Source: Candidatus Hermodarchaeota archaeon (GTDB lineage Archaea > Asgardarchaeota > Thorarchaeia > Thorarchaeales > Thorarchaeaceae). From it: a DNA stretch of 25,904 nt. Shown one piece after another: positions 24,154 to 25,904 of the stretch; the first letter of the stretch is position 1; every line of letters starts with the position of its first letter. The stretch spans positions 1 to 25,904 of the forward strand of contig JBHLLF010000036.1 in the NCBI GenBank assembly GCA_048885865.1, written 5' to 3'. The notes beneath the pieces are model-generated. The model was not told where the DNA came from. It did not search any database and was given only the letters and a program-made list of their open reading frames with translations. A program made the translations under genes and the position numbers.

Positions 24154-25380
24154 CTAGAGGGTAGTTGGAATTGTAATGACAAATTGAGTTTCAGGTGTAT
24201 TAGAAATCTCTATTGTACCTCCATGTGATTCAATAATCAATTTTGAAAGATAGAGACCTATGCCTCTATCTTGGTGTTGAAAATCTGTATCCTTTACGAA
24301 TAGGTCCTCTCTCACATTGGCTGGTATACCTGGACCATCATCTGTGATTACAATATGATATTGATGATCAACAACGGAGATGTCCACACTCACAATAGGG
24401 TTCTCTCCAGCATGTTGGGAAGCATTTCGGAAGATATTCGTCCAAACTAGGGGTAGCAGTCTACCCGCTGTAATTGTTTTTATTTCGGCTTCGCCTGTCC
24501 AAGAAACTTCAATACTAAGATTACCATGAGTTCTTTCACTGTCCAAGGCAATGCTTTGGAGATTCTCAACCAAATTCAAATCAGGTTGTTCAGTGGGTAG
24601 TCTAAAGACGTGAAGCAGTTTCTGCATTCTCTCCCCAAAACTCAGAGAGCGCTCAAGGTTTTCATCTACTGTTTCTAGATTCACAGGGAGAAACAATTTT
24701 GATAGCTCTACTGAGTTCATTATGACTTGAAGATCGTTTGCTAGGTCATGCCTGAGAAGTCTGGTATAAATCTCAAGTTCTCTGTTCTGTTTCCTGAGCT
24801 CCACCGATTGCTTGTTCATCTCATCCAAATACGAGTTGATCAATCGTGAGAATACAATGACCATGAAAGAAAGAACTCCAACTGTTAGGAGATGGTTGTC
24901 GTATTCCATAAGAGGGATACCATGAACTAAACCAACAGTGCATACTAGAATGAGAGATATCACTACGCCTTGAATTAGCACTACTCTCTCGTCATAGAAA
25001 AGTGCCCCTAAAGCAAGAGCTACAATCACATAAGGCATTATCCGAGGAATGTCAAAAGGTTGCCAGTCCGCAACTGACAACCAAATGAAAACTGGCAAGA
25101 ACGTATACAAGGATACTATTAGTGCCGCTGATGCTTCGTAGGTTAGGATTCTGGTTATCGAATATGTGGCAAGAATAGCAGCAATCGCCGCAAACAACAG
25201 GAATTCAACATTATTCAATAAGTCACCAGTAAGAATCGTGAGAACTGCAAACGGAATCATTGCGAGTTGAAATGAAGACAGTAGAATCGATTGCTGACGT
25301 TGAGTCTTATCTTCAATTCTTGGATTTGGGCCAATTAAGATATTGAACAGTTTTCGTAATCTAGAATGGTGAGTGCTCAT
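24154..25380 (-). CDS. Membrane-bound sensor histidine kinase
   Basis: About 6 N-terminal hydrophobic segments; H-box LRHDLANDL; N-box NIFRNA.QH; G1 DDGPGI; G2 GIGLYL....IESHGG.I. Confidence 0.92.
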   Translation of the reverse strand: MSTHHSRLRKLFNILIGPNPRIEDKTQRQQSILLSSFQLAMIPFAVLTILTGDLLNNVEFLLFAAIAAILATYSITRILTYEASAALIVSLYTFLPVFIWLSVADWQPFDIPRIMPYVIVALALGALFYDERVVLIQGVVISLILVCTVGLVHGIPLMEYDNHLLTVGVLSFMVIVFSRLINSYLDEMNKQSVELRKQNRELEIYTRLLRHDLANDLQVIMNSVELSKLFLPVNLETVDENLERSLSFGERMQKLLHVFRLPTEQPDLNLVENLQSIALDSERTHGNLSIEVSWTGEAEIKTITAGRLLPLVWTNIFRNASQHAGENPIVSVDISVVDHQYHIVITDDGPGIPANVREDLFVKDTDFQHQDRGIGLYLSKLIIESHGGTIEISNTPETQFVITIPTTL

Positions 25381-25559
25381 AGACGGGCAATCCTGCGTTG
25401 ATAGAAACCGCCCTCCTTGGCCTTAATTTAAACAATATTCGTTCACATCCTTCCAAAAGTTGGACCACACATATGACGATTCACTAGATGTGGATAGAAT
25501 AAGAAGGCGCTGCCCACATCCATGAACTATCATTCTTGTAGGCTTCCTTCACTATCAGC

Positions 25560-25904
25560 TTAAGACTCTCTTCTTCGAATGTACCAAGCTATGACAACTG
25601 TTATGGTCGCAATCACAGCAATTACCTCAAGACCTACTATAGGCGGGATCTCTCCGGCAATCTGAATGTTTCTTGTTGATAGAGAATGAATATCCTGTTC
25701 AGCCAGTTCGACAAGGATATAGTCATCATAGAGTAGAATCACCTCATCAGGCTCTCTTGTCACTTCAAGAGTAAGAGTAGTCGTGCCATTTATCCACACA
25801 GCTTTGTCATTCAGAATCTCATGCGTGGAGTCGAGGACTCTGATAGGCACCTGTTGCGAATAGGAATGTGTATTATACACTTCATTTTCATCCTCAATGG
25901 TCAC
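25560..25904 (-). CDS. Partial (5'-truncated) extracellular protein with C-terminal membrane anchor
   Basis: Frame runs off the window edge; beta-strand-like polar region, then hydrophobic IVGLEVIAVIATITVVIAWYI and a basic tail RRRES. Confidence 0.65.
   Translation of the reverse strand: MTIEDENEVYNTHSYSQQVPIRVLDSTHEILNDKAVWINGTTTLTLEVTREPDEVILLYDDYILVELAEQDIHSLSTRNIQIAGEIPPIVGLEVIAVIATITVVIAWYIRRRES

Noticed and set aside
25487-25520. GATGTGG...CCACATC inverted repeat
   Set aside because: A 7-bp stem with a long loop; it could be a terminator for the last gene but is too weak to call.
1-25904. Selenocysteine/pyrrolysine readthrough, frameshifts, CRISPR arrays, IS elements, integrases
   Set aside because: The recognised proteins appear full length at their stops; no repeat-spacer pattern, transposase or integrase motif was seen.

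Overview
Gene-dense archaeal chromosomal window. It is most consistent with an Asgard archaeon (Thorarchaeia-like), inferred from gene content, TATA-like promoters and GGAGG/GGTGA ribosome-binding sites. The left two-thirds (about 1-18800) is mostly housekeeping: the C-terminus of an isopentenyl-phosphate-kinase-like protein, a GT4 glycosyltransferase, two convergent COG1665-type nucleotidyltransferase paralogs (one with a degenerate DxN site), Trm5, DUF371 and Pcm. A minus-strand operon follows: psmB (Thr1 replaced by Ala), an uncharacterised B12/radical SAM protein, taw1, translin/TRAX and rbkR. Then come Nog1, RtcA, NadM, ProRS, a 2-hydroxyacid dehydrogenase, and an HhH-MutS-like ATPase translationally coupled to a Vps29-like metallophosphoesterase. 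The right third looks accessory: hypotheticals, TIGR04076, cupin, GNAT, tandem PRC-barrel, aldo/keto reductase, YkgJ, an orphan membrane histidine kinase and a partial membrane-anchored protein. The most notable non-coding signal is a structured ~105-nt leader upstream of proS with a textbook kink-turn geometry and a mutually exclusive alternative fold. No rRNA, tRNA, CRISPR array or mobile element was seen. All family calls come from motif recognition by eye; no searches were run.
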